A DNA stretch of 64,000 nt from an uncultured Planctomycetaceae bacterium (GCA_963833985.1 CAWIAD010000002.1:6176001-6240000); one strand, 5' to 3'; positions 31,798 through 43,077 are shown, counted from the stretch's first letter. Made by a program: numbers and translations. Notes: generated by a model from the sequence alone, not told the origin.

Positions 31798-33378
31798 TCA
31801 CCCACGCACCATGGCTGAAAGCACGCGGTCCAGGGGGATGGTGGCGAAGCTGCTTGCGTAGTCGGACATGGCGTAGGGGATGATCAGCTCGCCGTTGTGG
31901 ATGACTCCTCCGCAGCTATAGACCACGTTGGGTACGTAGCCCTCGCGCTCGTTGGCATTGGGTTCGAGGAGGGGTTCCTCGAGGCGGCCGATGATCCGAG
32001 AAGGATCGTGGAGATCCAGCAGGAAAGCCCCCATGGCGTACTTGCGCATCGCACCGACACCGTGAGTGAGCACGAGCCACCCGGCTTCTGTCTCCAGCGG
32101 CGAGCCGCAGTTGCCCAGTTGCACGAACTCCCAGCCGTAGGTCGGCTTGGCGATCTGCTCCTTGGTGTACCAGAAATGAAGCATGTCCGAGTACATCAGG
32201 TAGATGTTCTCGTTGTCCTGTCTTGAGAGCATGGCGTAAAGACCGTTCACCTTCCTGGGAAAGAGTGCCAGGCCCTTGTTGCGGACCTCCGGGCCGTTGA
32301 GCGTGCTGGCCTTGAAGCGCAGGAAGTCTTCGGTCTCAAGGATCTGCGGCAGCACGACCTTGCCGTCGAAGGCCGTGTAGGTGGCGTAGTAGCGTGCCGA
32401 TCCGTCGTCGTCCTGAAACTTGACGAAGCGGGCATCCTCGATGCCATTGGTCTCGGTGGGGGAGGAGGGAAAGATGATCCGCTCCGAGAGCGAGAGCTCG
32501 GGGCTGAAGCAAATCTCGTAGTTGGCCTTGACCAGGATGAGCATGTTGTGGGCGATCGGTTCCAGCTCGCGGTGGCGCGGGCGATTCTGCTGCAAGCCGC
32601 GCTGGATCGACCGCTGGATGTCATCCACGGCGAACTGGTCGCCCAGCGTGCTCAGCACGTCGTCGGCGAAGGGGCTGTCGATCCCCAGCTCGATCAGCTT
32701 GCGGGCGTAGAGACGCTTGTCGAACTGGGTATTGGGAACCAACTCGGGTGCCGTGACGAAGCGCGTGGGCTCGTCGATGGCAATCCGGTTCTCAGCATCG
32801 ATCACGCCGCTCCGGAACGTGATTGACGAGATGTGCCCCTCGCCGGTGGCCCGGAGGCTGAGGATGAACCGTCGCGAGCCTTCCGGAAGAACGTCCTGAT
32901 CGGGGTGCCAGACCATGGAGGGATTGAACAGCGCCGCGGATTCGAGCGAGTATTCCTGGGTGAAATAAGCGCCCATCAAAAGCTTGCGGTTCTCGCTGAT
33001 CGGCTGGTCGGTGAGGAGATGATGCCGGATCTGGTCGAACCGCTTGAGGAAGAACTGGCGCGTCTTTTGATGGCGGTCGCGGAATTCGCTCAGGACATCT
33101 TCGAGGAGCAGGTCCACCTCGGCTTCAGAGAGCGCCGCGACCCGTCCCAGGATACGCTCGATCCGGTGCTCGCTGGCAGGCTGGAACGGGCGAATGACCA
33201 CGCGGCCGTTGTTCGGCCTGATCACGATGCCCGTTCGTTTGGCCTCGGGCGGTCGAGACGGGTGCGACAGGCCGTCGGGGTGATCACCTCCGGCGGCCGG
33301 ACTGGTCGCTTCCACGGTCAGTGTGGAGCTGTCACGTTCCATGCGCAGGAACTCCGGGTCTGGTATCTGTTTTCCCAT
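31798..33378 (-). CDS. GH130-like glycosidase (long form)
   Basis: AALFNPS, GIEDARFV, NKGLALFP, GNCGSP, YVPNVVYSCG. Confidence 0.88.
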   Translation of the reverse strand: MGKQIPDPEFLRMERDSSTLTVEATSPAAGGDHPDGLSHPSRPPEAKRTGIVIRPNNGRVVIRPFQPASEHRIERILGRVAALSEAEVDLLLEDVLSEFRDRHQKTRQFFLKRFDQIRHHLLTDQPISENRKLLMGAYFTQEYSLESAALFNPSMVWHPDQDVLPEGSRRFILSLRATGEGHISSITFRSGVIDAENRIAIDEPTRFVTAPELVPNTQFDKRLYARKLIELGIDSPFADDVLSTLGDQFAVDDIQRSIQRGLQQNRPRHRELEPIAHNMLILVKANYEICFSPELSLSERIIFPSSPTETNGIEDARFVKFQDDDGSARYYATYTAFDGKVVLPQILETEDFLRFKASTLNGPEVRNKGLALFPRKVNGLYAMLSRQDNENIYLMYSDMLHFWYTKEQIAKPTYGWEFVQLGNCGSPLETEAGWLVLTHGVGAMRKYAMGAFLLDLHDPSRIIGRLEEPLLEPNANEREGYVPNVVYSCGGVIHNGELIIPYAMSDYASSFATIPLDRVLSAMVRG

Positions 33379-33496
33379 CGAAATCGCTTTGCGGGGCCGA
33401 CAGCGTGAGTCTCGAAGCGGGCCGAACTGGCATCTGACCGACCCGGGACCAGGCGCGTCGCGGTCCGTACGCTGCCCGTCTTCAAAGTGAACAGGA

Positions 33497-35778
33497 TCAC
33501 GCCCCCTGCACCTGGCGGAACGGTGCCAGTACGCTCTCCAGGAGCTTCATCTCGCCCAGCGCCAGCAGGAAGGAAAGAGTGGACTCGGCCCCCTGGTTCT
33601 GGTTGACGCGGTCCTCCTGGAGGCCGTCGCAGCAGCCGCCGGTCTTGGCGTCGTACAGCTCCAGCCCCAGGTCGTTGTTGCCGAGGAACCATTCGAAGGC
33701 CAGCCGCGCCTCCTTGAGCCACACGGTATCCTCGGTGGACTGATACGCACTGATGCAGGCCGACACGGTCGCCGAGGCTTCCAGCGGCTGCTGATCAAAC
33801 TGGGCACAGTCGGTCCCGCGATGGTAAAAGCCCTCCGAGCCGATGGGGCGGAAATGGCCGGCGGACGCCTTCTGCTGGCCAACCAGCCAGTGCAGTGCCG
33901 TCACGCCGATGTCCACGGCCCGGTCATTTCCGCTCGAGCGCCCGCTGGTGATCAGGCCCTGACACAACCGGGCGTTGTCATACGTGAGGTACTCTTCAAA
34001 CCAGCACCACTCGCGGGACGCTGTTTGATCATAGAGCGCGGAGAGACGCTCCGTGAGCGTATCGCGCACCTGGCTGGCCTGCCGGGCCCCGCTGAGCCGC
34101 TCGAGATAATGGTGAATGCCCAGCAGACCGAAGGCCCAGGTCCGCGGCGACTTGGTCTCCAGAAGCGCCGGTAAAGCCAGGTCGAAGAGTTCGGATGCCC
34201 AGAACTGAAGATCACGCCGCTTCGACCTGTGAACACAGGCTCCCAGCGCCCAGAGGGCCCTGCCCTGGCAGTCCTCCGAGCCGATCGGCTCCAGCCAGGA
34301 CCGGTTGTAGCCCATGAAGTTGCGGAACCGGCAGACCTTGCGATCAAACGCATAGTTGAGAAACGCCGCGTACGATGCCGTCAGCCGCTGGATCTGCACG
34401 AGCTGATGCCCAGTTGCTCGAGCAGCAGCGTCAGCAGCAGCGCGCGGGAGTTGTCGTCAGTGCAATAGCCTTCGGCGAAGTTGGGGATCGAGTAGCAGGC
34501 ATGCTGGAGGATCCCTGCCGAGTCGGTCATGCGGATCAGGTGGTCGAGCCTCCAGCCGGGCAGGTCCATCGGCTCCTCGGCCAGCGTCCGCACCGCCTGC
34601 AACTTGACCGGCACGTCCAGCCGGCTCCGCCGCGCACGCTGGAACGAATCCATGTAATCGTGGGCGATGTGGCTCCAGATCATCTCTCGGCCCAGAAGAT
34701 ACGCCTTTTTGCGCAACGCGTGGCGGCGCGTCTCGTCGCGCAACAGCTCGCAGACTTCGCGGGCCAGCGCGGCGGAATCTCCGAACGGCACCAGCACGCC
34801 GCGCCCTTCGCCCAGCAGCTCTTCGGCATGCCAGTAGGGAGTGGAGATGACTGCCTTGCCGCAGCCGAACGCATAGGCCAGCGTGCCGGACGTGATCTGC
34901 GCGGGGTTGAGGTATGGTGTGATGTAGATGTCGGCCACGCCAATGAACTCGAGCAGCTCGTCGATCTCGACGAAGCGGTTGTAAAAGCTCACATTCTGCT
35001 TGATGCCCAGACTCTTGGCCAGACGCTCCAGGCTGATGCGGTACCGCTCGCCCTGCTCGCGGATCAGGTTCGGATGGGTCGCACCAAGCACGATGTAGAC
35101 GAAATTCGGGTGTTCCTTGAGGATCGTCGGCATGGCGCGGAGCATGTGCTCGATGCCCTTGTTGGGCGAGAGCAGGCCGAAGGTCAGCGCGACGAACTTC
35201 CCCTCGACGTCAAACTGGTCCTTGTAGAAGGCGGGATCGATGAACGCCATGTCGGGGATGCCGTGGGCGATGAGGTCGATCTTGGACTCCGGAACGTCGT
35301 AGACCTCGCGCAGGAAGAGCCGCGCCCGTTCCGTCATGACGATCACCCGGGCGGAGAGGTCGATCACCTGGTCGAGCACCCGCCGCTGTTCCATGGAGGG
35401 TTGGTCGAGCACGGTGTGCAACGTGGTGGCGACGGGCATCCGCAGGTTCCTCAGCAGGCGGATGATGTGGCTGCCGGAGGGCCCGCCGAAGATGCCGTAC
35501 TCATGCTGGAGACACACGACATCGACGTTGGCGAAGTTCAGGTAGTCGGCCGCGCGCAAGTAGCCATCGAGCTCCTGCTCCTCAATCTCGAACCGGACCT
35601 CGGGCGGATAGTCGTACCCCTCGGTCACATCGTTGACCGGGACAACGAAGCAGTCCGAGGCGGGATACTGCGTGGCCACCGACGTACACACGTCGTGGGT
35701 GAAGGTGGCGATCCCGCACTTGCGCGGCAGGTAGTCGCCGATGAAGCCGATCTTGCGAATCTCGGTGGTACGACTCAT
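33497..35778 (-). pseudogene. GT4 glycosyltransferase fused to a C-terminal helical-barrel-like domain, frameshifted at ~34400
   Basis: PRKCGIATF, QHEYGIFGG, SGTLAYA, GYCTDDNSRAL | FRNFM, GSEDCQGRA, FDQQPLEA, NQGAESTL. Confidence 0.82.
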
Positions 35779-36657
35779 AGGATATCGTGGGACGGCAGGA
35801 TCAACCGGTGCTGGCAAGAACCGCCTCGGAACCCGCCCAGCGGGAGATCAAGATCAATACCAGATGCCAGGGCCAGGATTGCCAGGACTTGACCACGCAA
35901 CCTCGAAACTCCATCAAGCACGCGCTACCGCTGCTCGGCCGGGCAGCAAGGCGGCGAAGCTGGGGCCTGTCCCCCGAACGCTGAACGCTGCCGTGCCAGT
36001 TTCAAGGTCAGCGAAAAAACGGGACGCCGGCGGATGGCTCGAAATGGGCGCAGCGCAGGCAGACAACCCTCCTTTTGAGCCTTCTCGACGTCCCTATCAT
36101 ATCGCATGATTCTAACAAACCATTCGGTGCTGGCGAAAGCCAGCAGCACCCGGCGGGACCCCTTGCCGTGAGCCGGATGATCACACCTGCCGGGAATCGC
36201 CGCATCCACCTGGGCATCGCGCACCAGTCCTCGCCCGGCGACTTCACGGGCCACCCGAGAATCGACGGGGACCTGCTTGCCCGGCGCCTGCGCTCGCGCG
36301 GCCGGACCATCTCCGCATTCCCTCAGCATCTCCGCGTCGTCATCATGCCCAACCATGACTGGCCCATCGTGGAGCAGTTCCTGGAAGACCTCGCCCACTG
36401 CGCAGCGATCCGAAGCGCATCGTTCTCGGTGCGGACGGCCGGCCCGGTATTGATCCCGGCCCCCCCTTGGTTCACTTGCCACTAATCGAGTTATATGTGC
36501 AACTGTAACAATTTGATCAAAATATCTTGACTATTGCCAGAACCTGGTGGATGATCGGATTTCAGATCACCTGTTCCGTCATTCATCTGGCCACCCCGGA
36601 TCGTGCGACATCTCGCGTTCGAGGCGTTCCGGGAATCCTTCCGCCCGCGAGGTCGGC

Positions 36658-38649
36658 ATGAGCACCGTTGCGCGAACCGAGACGCTGGATGCACTCTTTC
36701 CCCAGCTTGACGGATCGAATGGCCGGCATTTCCCCTATCCCGGTGTGCCCATGACGTGCGACGGCGCCGAGGCGGTCGTACACGTTGAGACGCACATCAG
36801 CCAGGCCGCCGGCGCCTATCCCATCACCAGCTCCACCACCATGGGGGGCGGCTTCAACGCCGGGGTCATGAACGGTGCGCTCAACCTCTGGGGCGACCCC
36901 CTCATGTTCTTCGAGCCAGAAAGCGAGCATTCGGCGGCCAGCGTCTGCGAGGGCTTCGCCGTGGCCGGTGGACGGGTGACGAACTTCACCTCGGGCCAGG
37001 GCCTGGTGCTCATGAAGGAGGTGCTCTACACGATTGCCGGCAAGAGGCTGCCGGTGGTCATGAACATTGGCGCACGGGCGCTCACCAGCCAGGGGCTGAA
37101 CGTGCATGCCGGGCACGACGACATGATGTCGGTGGCGGACTGCGGTTGGGGCATGATCTTCGGCCGCAACGCCCAGGAAGCCGGCGATTTCTGCCTCATC
37201 GCCCGGCGCGCGGCCGAGGCCGGTCATACGCCATTCTTCAACGTGCAGGACGGCTTCCTGACCACGCATACCGTCGAACGCGTGCACCTCCCCGAACCGG
37301 AGTTCATGAAATCGTTCGTCGGCGACCCCCGGGAGAAACTCCTGAACCTGATGGACCCTGCCAGCCCGGTCATGTCGGGCGTGGTCCAGAATCAGGACTC
37401 GTACATGAAGGGTAAGATCGCCCAGCACTGGTATTATGATCGGATCGATCCGATCCTGGCCGAGGCCTTCGAGGAGTTCTACAAACAGACCGGCCGGCGC
37501 TACAGTTTCCTGGAGCCCTATCGCTGCGAGGATGCCGAGTACATCCTCATCGGCATGGGGTGCTACATGGAGACCGTGAAGGCGGCCGTCGACTACCTCC
37601 GCGAGCAGAAGGGTATTGCCGCGGGCTGTCTGACCGTCTTCGTTTTCCGGCCGTTCCCGGCGGCGCGGATCATCGAGGCGCTCCGTGGCTGCCGGGCGAT
37701 CACCGTCTTCGAACGCATGGACGACCCCCTCTCCACCACGGGCAATCACCTCACTCGCGAGATCAAGGCGGCATTCTGCGACGCCATGACCGGCCAGAAC
37801 GGCCAGGACCCGATCGAACGGATCCCCCGCGTCTACAGCGGCTCGGCCGGCCTGGGCAGCCGCGACGTCCGGCCCGGCGACATTATCGCCGCCTTCGAGA
37901 ACATGATTCATGACGGGCCTGAGTATTTCAGCATCGGCATCGACCACCCCTCGGCACTGAAGCTGGCGAACGATCCGGACCTGCGTCCCCACGGCGGCTT
38001 CTCGATGCGCGGGCATTCGGTCGGCGGCTTCGGCTCGGTCACCACCAACAAGGTCATCGCCACCATCGCCGGCGACGTCTTCGGCAAGGACGTGCAGGCG
38101 TATCCCAAGTACGGCTCGGAGAAGAAGGGACTGCCGACGACCTATTACCTGACGATTGCCGATTCCCACATCCTCACCCACTGCGAGCTCGAGCAGGTCG
38201 ATCTCGTTTGCATCAACGACCCGACGGCCATCTTGAGTCCCGGCCCGCTCAAGGGACTGGTGGAGGGTGGTGCGATCTTCATGCAGTCGCCCCACGAGGA
38301 TCCCGCCGAGGTCTGGAAGCGGATCCCCGAGCACAATCGCCGCACGATCCGGTCCCGGAACCTGCACGTGTACTACGCCGACATGGTGAAGATCGCGCGT
38401 GAGGTGGCCTCCGTGGCCGACCTCCAGATGCGCATGCAGGGCATCGTCCTGCTGGGAGCGTTCCTCAAGCTCACGCCCTACGCCGCCCTCGCCGGCATGA
38501 AGGACGAGCAGGTCGACGCCGGTGTCGAGAAGGCCCTGCGCAAGTACTTCGGCAAGCGCGGCGACCGTGTCGTGCAGGACAACCTCACCTGCGTCCAACG
38601 CGGCTATCGCGAAACGCGTGAGATTCCCCGGGAAATCTTCCAGGGCTGA
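36658..38649 (+). CDS. Pyruvate/2-oxoacid:ferredoxin oxidoreductase, alpha+gamma subunit
   Basis: YPITSST, ESEHSAA, TSGQGL, FRPFP, SVGGFG, YGSEKKG. Confidence 0.9.
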   Translation: MSTVARTETLDALFPQLDGSNGRHFPYPGVPMTCDGAEAVVHVETHISQAAGAYPITSSTTMGGGFNAGVMNGALNLWGDPLMFFEPESEHSAASVCEGFAVAGGRVTNFTSGQGLVLMKEVLYTIAGKRLPVVMNIGARALTSQGLNVHAGHDDMMSVADCGWGMIFGRNAQEAGDFCLIARRAAEAGHTPFFNVQDGFLTTHTVERVHLPEPEFMKSFVGDPREKLLNLMDPASPVMSGVVQNQDSYMKGKIAQHWYYDRIDPILAEAFEEFYKQTGRRYSFLEPYRCEDAEYILIGMGCYMETVKAAVDYLREQKGIAAGCLTVFVFRPFPAARIIEALRGCRAITVFERMDDPLSTTGNHLTREIKAAFCDAMTGQNGQDPIERIPRVYSGSAGLGSRDVRPGDIIAAFENMIHDGPEYFSIGIDHPSALKLANDPDLRPHGGFSMRGHSVGGFGSVTTNKVIATIAGDVFGKDVQAYPKYGSEKKGLPTTYYLTIADSHILTHCELEQVDLVCINDPTAILSPGPLKGLVEGGAIFMQSPHEDPAEVWKRIPEHNRRTIRSRNLHVYYADMVKIAREVASVADLQMRMQGIVLLGAFLKLTPYAALAGMKDEQVDAGVEKALRKYFGKRGDRVVQDNLTCVQRGYRETREIPREIFQG

Positions 38650-38740
38650 AGCACGCCGGCCTGCGCCGGCCGGGCTGCCCTTCGCTTCCAACGCGCGCTC
38701 AGATCGCATCCGTGGCTCCCTTCCTCTCGAGGAGAGATCG

Positions 38741-40387
38741 ATGCTCCAGACTCCCACCCGACCCTCGATGAACGACGCGCACGACCAGGACCCGTACAAC
38801 AACAGCAGCTATGGCACCCTGGTCGATGCCCCCTACAAGCTTGTCAGCTTGCCCGTCCTCGACGTCCTCGACTTCAACGAGCGCATCATCCGCGGCTACG
38901 AGGAGGGCTCGGCCGAGAAGGGGCTCCCCGCCGATCTGTCGGTGGCGCGTTCTCTGGTTCCCGCCGGCACGGCCACACTCCGCGACTTCAGCAACATCGC
39001 CCCCGAGATTCCCATTTACCTGCCCGAGAACTGCACCGGCTGCATGGACTGCGTCACCCAGTGCCCCGACACCGCCATCCTGGGCAAAGTGCTCTCCGAG
39101 TCCGAGCTGGAAGACCACCTGGCGACGATTCATGAACCGTCCGACCGCGACATGTTCCGAGTCCAGTGGTCGCGCACCAAGAAGTATTTTGAAGCCCCCA
39201 AGAAGAAGGGGATCGCCGGTGGGATGTTCAACATCATCATCGACCCCAGCAAATGCAAGGGGTGCGCCGAGTGCGTCACCATCTGCGACGACAACGCTCT
39301 GAAGATGGCCGACAAGACCGACGACGTCATGACCACCGCGCGGAAGAGCCACCGCCTGTTCAAGAGCTTCGGTCCCAGCAATCCCCAGTACGTCAGCGAC
39401 AACCTGCTCATTGACATGATGCTCAAGGAGCAGACGCACATCTACACTGGCGGCGCAGGGTCGTGCGCGGGCTGCGGCGAGGGGACGGCCCTGCGCATGA
39501 TGTGCGCGGCGACCGGCTCGAAGTACGGCGATCAGTGGGGAATCGTCGCCGCGACCGGGTGCAACACGGTCTATACCTCAACCTATCCTTATAACCCCTA
39601 TCTCGTGCCCTGGACCAACTCACTCTTCGAGAACGCACCGGCGTACGCCATCGGCGTGCGCATGCGCTGGGACCAGATGGGCTGGCGCGATCGCCCGCTC
39701 TGGTGCCTGGGTGGAGACGGTGCCATGTTCGACATCGGCTTCCAGTCGCTCTCGCGGATGTTTGCCAGCGGTATGAACATCAAGGTATTCGTGCTCGATA
39801 CCCAGGTTTATTCGAACACCGGCGGTCAGGCCTCGACCAGCAGCTTCACCGGCCAGAACACCAAGATGAGCGTGCACGGCAAGGCGATCGGCGGCAAGCA
39901 GGAACGTCGCAAGGAGATCGCCCAGATCGCCATGATGCACCCGCGCACCTACGTGGCCCAGACAACCTGTGCCCACACGAACCACTTCTACCGCTCGGTC
40001 ATCGGCGCACTCGAGTTCGACGGCCCGGCCATCGTCGTCTGCTACACCACCTGCCAGCCCGAGCACGGCGTGGGCGACAACATGGCTGCCGAGCAGGCCC
40101 GGCTGGCGGTGGACAGCAGGGCATTTCCCCTCCTGGTCTACGACCCCCGCAAGGGCAGCACCATCAAGGAGCGGCTCTCGCTCCAGGGCAACCCGGCGGC
40201 GAAGGACGACTGGTTCGTCAATCCCAAGACCAAGGAGCCGGTCACGTTTCTGGATTTCGCCCGCAGCGAGGGCCGCTTCTCCAAGCACTTCGACCGCGAC
40301 GGCAACCCGTCGGAAACGCTGCTTCGCGCCCGGGAAGACCGGCTGGAGAACTGGCATCTGCTCCAGGAGCTGGCGGGGCTGAGGTGA
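38741..40387 (+). CDS. Pyruvate/2-oxoacid:ferredoxin oxidoreductase, ferredoxin(delta)+TPP-binding(beta) subunit
   Basis: CTGCMDCVTQCP, CKGCAECVTIC, CAGCGE, GGDG...YSNTGGQ. Confidence 0.9.
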   Translation: MLQTPTRPSMNDAHDQDPYNNSSYGTLVDAPYKLVSLPVLDVLDFNERIIRGYEEGSAEKGLPADLSVARSLVPAGTATLRDFSNIAPEIPIYLPENCTGCMDCVTQCPDTAILGKVLSESELEDHLATIHEPSDRDMFRVQWSRTKKYFEAPKKKGIAGGMFNIIIDPSKCKGCAECVTICDDNALKMADKTDDVMTTARKSHRLFKSFGPSNPQYVSDNLLIDMMLKEQTHIYTGGAGSCAGCGEGTALRMMCAATGSKYGDQWGIVAATGCNTVYTSTYPYNPYLVPWTNSLFENAPAYAIGVRMRWDQMGWRDRPLWCLGGDGAMFDIGFQSLSRMFASGMNIKVFVLDTQVYSNTGGQASTSSFTGQNTKMSVHGKAIGGKQERRKEIAQIAMMHPRTYVAQTTCAHTNHFYRSVIGALEFDGPAIVVCYTTCQPEHGVGDNMAAEQARLAVDSRAFPLLVYDPRKGSTIKERLSLQGNPAAKDDWFVNPKTKEPVTFLDFARSEGRFSKHFDRDGNPSETLLRAREDRLENWHLLQELAGLR

Positions 40388-40416
40388 GGCGAGGCGAGCT
40401 GAGGGTCGCACGGCAC

Positions 40417-40746
40417 ATGAACGCCGGCACCGGCACTATCGTGGCCTCTCATGTCCATGCGTCTGGCGGCCTGGCCGAGACCCTGGATTTTGTCAGGCGC
40501 ACCCGCTCGGAGCTCCGGCAGCTCCGGCGGGTGTACGCGTGGATCGATCGTCTACACATCTGTGACGTCAATCGGGATGTCTTTGAAGTGATTGGTCTGG
40601 GTTACGCTGATCCCGACGTCATTGCCGTATTCAAAGACATCAACGCCGCCTACGACCCTCGCAGTCTGCACCTGCCGACGGCTACGGAGTACAAGGAGTT
40701 CAACCTTGGCCGCTGTCATCCCTGGGCCGAGGACCGGGTGATGTGA
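40417..40746 (+). CDS. Small hypothetical protein
   Basis: Coding-like 109-aa ORF immediately after the PFOR genes. Confidence 0.55.
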   Translation: MNAGTGTIVASHVHASGGLAETLDFVRRTRSELRQLRRVYAWIDRLHICDVNRDVFEVIGLGYADPDVIAVFKDINAAYDPRSLHLPTATEYKEFNLGRCHPWAEDRVM

Positions 40747-41716
40747 GCATCCGCCTGAGTCTCCAGGCCAGCACGATCGGCGCCGCGATCAGCGTGAGGG
40801 TGAAAGCGGGCGGTTCGGGGACTGCCGCGTACGCCGCCTGGCCGATCACTTGCCCGATCTCCGTGGTGGGATGGACGGTGTCCCAGAACAGGTAACCCTG
40901 TCCGTTGTAGTTTGGATCAAGGTATGCAGGGTCCGTCACGTTGGTGAGGCCATGCGCTCCCGGGTCCATCATGAGGTTCTGAAAGACCGAATTGACGTCG
41001 ACCTGGTGGATCGTGACACCGAGTTCCTGCTGGAGGCCGTCAAGCTGGGAGTGGAGCATGCTGTCGAACTGGAGCGAGAGGTAATTCAGGGCGCCGCTGA
41101 CTGGTAATCCACTGGTCGCCGGAAGTTCACCCAGCAATGGCAGGTTGGGTACCAGGAATTGCCTGGCGCCGGCAGCGGCCAGCAATGTGATATCGCTGAC
41201 CAGGTTCGCAACCGGCACTGAGGGATCGGTCACTCCGCCGTGCAGGAAATCATTGGCCCCGCCCCAGATCGTGAAGAGCTGCGTGGCCGCGATGGAAGGC
41301 GAGGTGGAAAGGTACTGGGTGATCTGCATCCCGATATTGGGTGTGTTGTAGATCGGAGAGAGCCCTGTGCCAGTCTCCGCCCCACCCCAGGCATAATCCA
41401 TACCGCCCGCCACGCTGGGTCCTGGTGCGGCGACTCCCAGGTCTTTCGCCAGGTATTCCAGCCAGATCGGCCCGTTCGAAAACCGCCCCGGGTCATACGA
41501 ACCGCCTGGATACGAACCGCCCGGATACAGACTCCCTGGGTTGGGGTTGACCCCTCCGGTCGCAAGATAAATGTTGCCGACGTCAGAGAGGCTGTCCCCG
41601 AAGGCGACGATCCCACTGATACCGCCGGCGCGCGCTGAGCTGGCCGACCACAAGAAAGAGAGAACAGCCAGCAAGGCAAGACGTCGCATCGGTGTCAATA
41701 TCGTACGCGCCATCAT
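40700..41716 (-). CDS. SGNH/GDSL esterase with PEP-CTERM sorting signal
   Basis: FGDSLSD, RFSNG, GANDF, FWDTVHPT; VPEP+TM+RR. Confidence 0.9.
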   Translation of the reverse strand: MMARTILTPMRRLALLAVLSFLWSASSARAGGISGIVAFGDSLSDVGNIYLATGGVNPNPGSLYPGGSYPGGSYDPGRFSNGPIWLEYLAKDLGVAAPGPSVAGGMDYAWGGAETGTGLSPIYNTPNIGMQITQYLSTSPSIAATQLFTIWGGANDFLHGGVTDPSVPVANLVSDITLLAAAGARQFLVPNLPLLGELPATSGLPVSGALNYLSLQFDSMLHSQLDGLQQELGVTIHQVDVNSVFQNLMMDPGAHGLTNVTDPAYLDPNYNGQGYLFWDTVHPTTEIGQVIGQAAYAAVPEPPAFTLTLIAAPIVLAWRLRRMLTSPGPRPRDDSGQG

Positions 41717-42073
41717 GATTCGAATACTCCTTTTGGGTGCATCACAAAGAGAGTGCACGCATGGCGATTCGTCGTCTCGCTTTCCTGCGAGAGAACGCGA
41801 CGACCGCGAACCCGCACACTCTACCTACGGATCATCCCTGGTTTCCTTACGCGGATCTGATTCTCGGGCCCATCCCACGCCTGCGCCGGGTGGCCTGGCA
41901 CCAGATGAACTCGCATCCAGGCCAGGTTTCGACCACAATAACGATCTGGGGCCGTTGCGCTGCACGGACCGAGGCTGAGCCCATTGCGCAATATCGCGTG
42001 CAGGTTCTATCAGAATTTCGCAAAAGGTAAAGATCGGTTTCAAATTATCGTGATCGGAAAGGAAACATCGGCT

Positions 42074-42793
42074 GTGGCAGCACGACCGGAATCGGAAAAG
42101 GATAGGCAGGCACACGCGCACCGTCTGAGCGCCTTGCAGGGAACGCCGCCGGGTTCGCTGGTGATCCATGAGATCTACCGTAGCCTGCAAGGGGAAAGCA
42201 CGTATGCCGGGCTTCCCTGCGTCTTCGTGCGGCTCACGGCCTGCCACCTGCGGTGCGTCTATTGCGACACGTCCCACGCCTTCACCGAAGGAGCGCTCAT
42301 GACCCTTGACGATGTCGTCGAGAAGGCGCTTACCCTGGGTGATGAGCTTGTGGAGATCACCGGCGGAGAGCCCCTGCTTCAACCCGATGTCCACCCGCTC
42401 ATGGCCCGCCTGGCCGACGCCGGCAAGACGGTTCTGCTGGAAACCAGCGGAGCAATGGACACTGGCGCCGTCGATCCCCGTGTGCACGTCATCCTGGACC
42501 TCAAGACGCCCGGCTCCGGCGAGGTGAACGCGAACGTCTGGAGCAATCTCGCCCGGCTGCGGCCGACGGACGAGATCAAATTCGTCGTCTGCGACCGGGC
42601 TGACTTCGAATGGTCCAGGCACGTCGTCCAGGAGCATCGGCTCACGGAGCGCTGCCCTGTCCTGTTCTCTGCCGCCTTCGGCCAGGTCAACCCCACCGAG
42701 CTGGCGGCCTGGATCCTCGAATCGCGGCTTGCCGTCCGTCTTCAGCTCCAGCAGCACAAGATCCTCTGGGACCCCAAGGCAAGAGGGGTCTGA
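42074..42793 (+). CDS. queE: 7-carboxy-7-deazaguanine synthase (radical SAM)
   Basis: EIYRSLQGES, CHLRCVYCD, TGGEPLLQ, QLQQHK; GTG start inferred. Confidence 0.88.
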   Translation: MAARPESEKDRQAHAHRLSALQGTPPGSLVIHEIYRSLQGESTYAGLPCVFVRLTACHLRCVYCDTSHAFTEGALMTLDDVVEKALTLGDELVEITGGEPLLQPDVHPLMARLADAGKTVLLETSGAMDTGAVDPRVHVILDLKTPGSGEVNANVWSNLARLRPTDEIKFVVCDRADFEWSRHVVQEHRLTERCPVLFSAAFGQVNPTELAAWILESRLAVRLQLQQHKILWDPKARGV

Positions 42794-43077
42794 GTCCGAG
42801 CGGCCTGGTCGCGTGCTCCCACATGCGTCCGGCAAAAGTGGCCTTGAACAGCCAGACCACCCAGTGGAGCGCACGCTTTCGCCGCCCTGGACCGCCGCGC
42901 GCCGCCTCGCTCGCAGAGGCGGCGCGCTGATCCAAACCAACGGGCGGATTGTCAAAGAGCACCCACACGGATCCCTCCTGCTCAGTCTACGGCCAGATCG
43001 CCGGCCAAACGCATCTCGCCTCGTTTGTCCCGACTCACCCGGCCGATCCGACAATTCTCAAGCGGGTCGCATCAATG

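Noticed and set aside
31584..31805. 73-aa ORF in an AT-rich gap
   Set aside because: Atypical codon usage; more likely the regulatory region of the sulfotransferase genes
36495..36530. FNR or Rex box upstream of PFOR
   Set aside because: Only half-site matches; spacing does not fit TTGAT-N4-ATCAA or the Rex consensus
36583..38802. Long antisense ORFs (also 2067..3653, 8200..9396, 29104..30834, 34375..35892, 54904..56658, 60122..61258)
   Set aside because: Shadow frames of real genes in high-GC DNA
41495..41527. 15-bp tandem duplication in the SGNH gene
   Set aside because: Simple in-frame YPGGS loop duplication; no sign of a wider system
41984..42793. queE as part of a 7-deazaguanine DNA-modification (dpd) defence island
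   Set aside because: No dpdA/tgt, queC, queD or folE nearby; looks like the housekeeping queuosine gene
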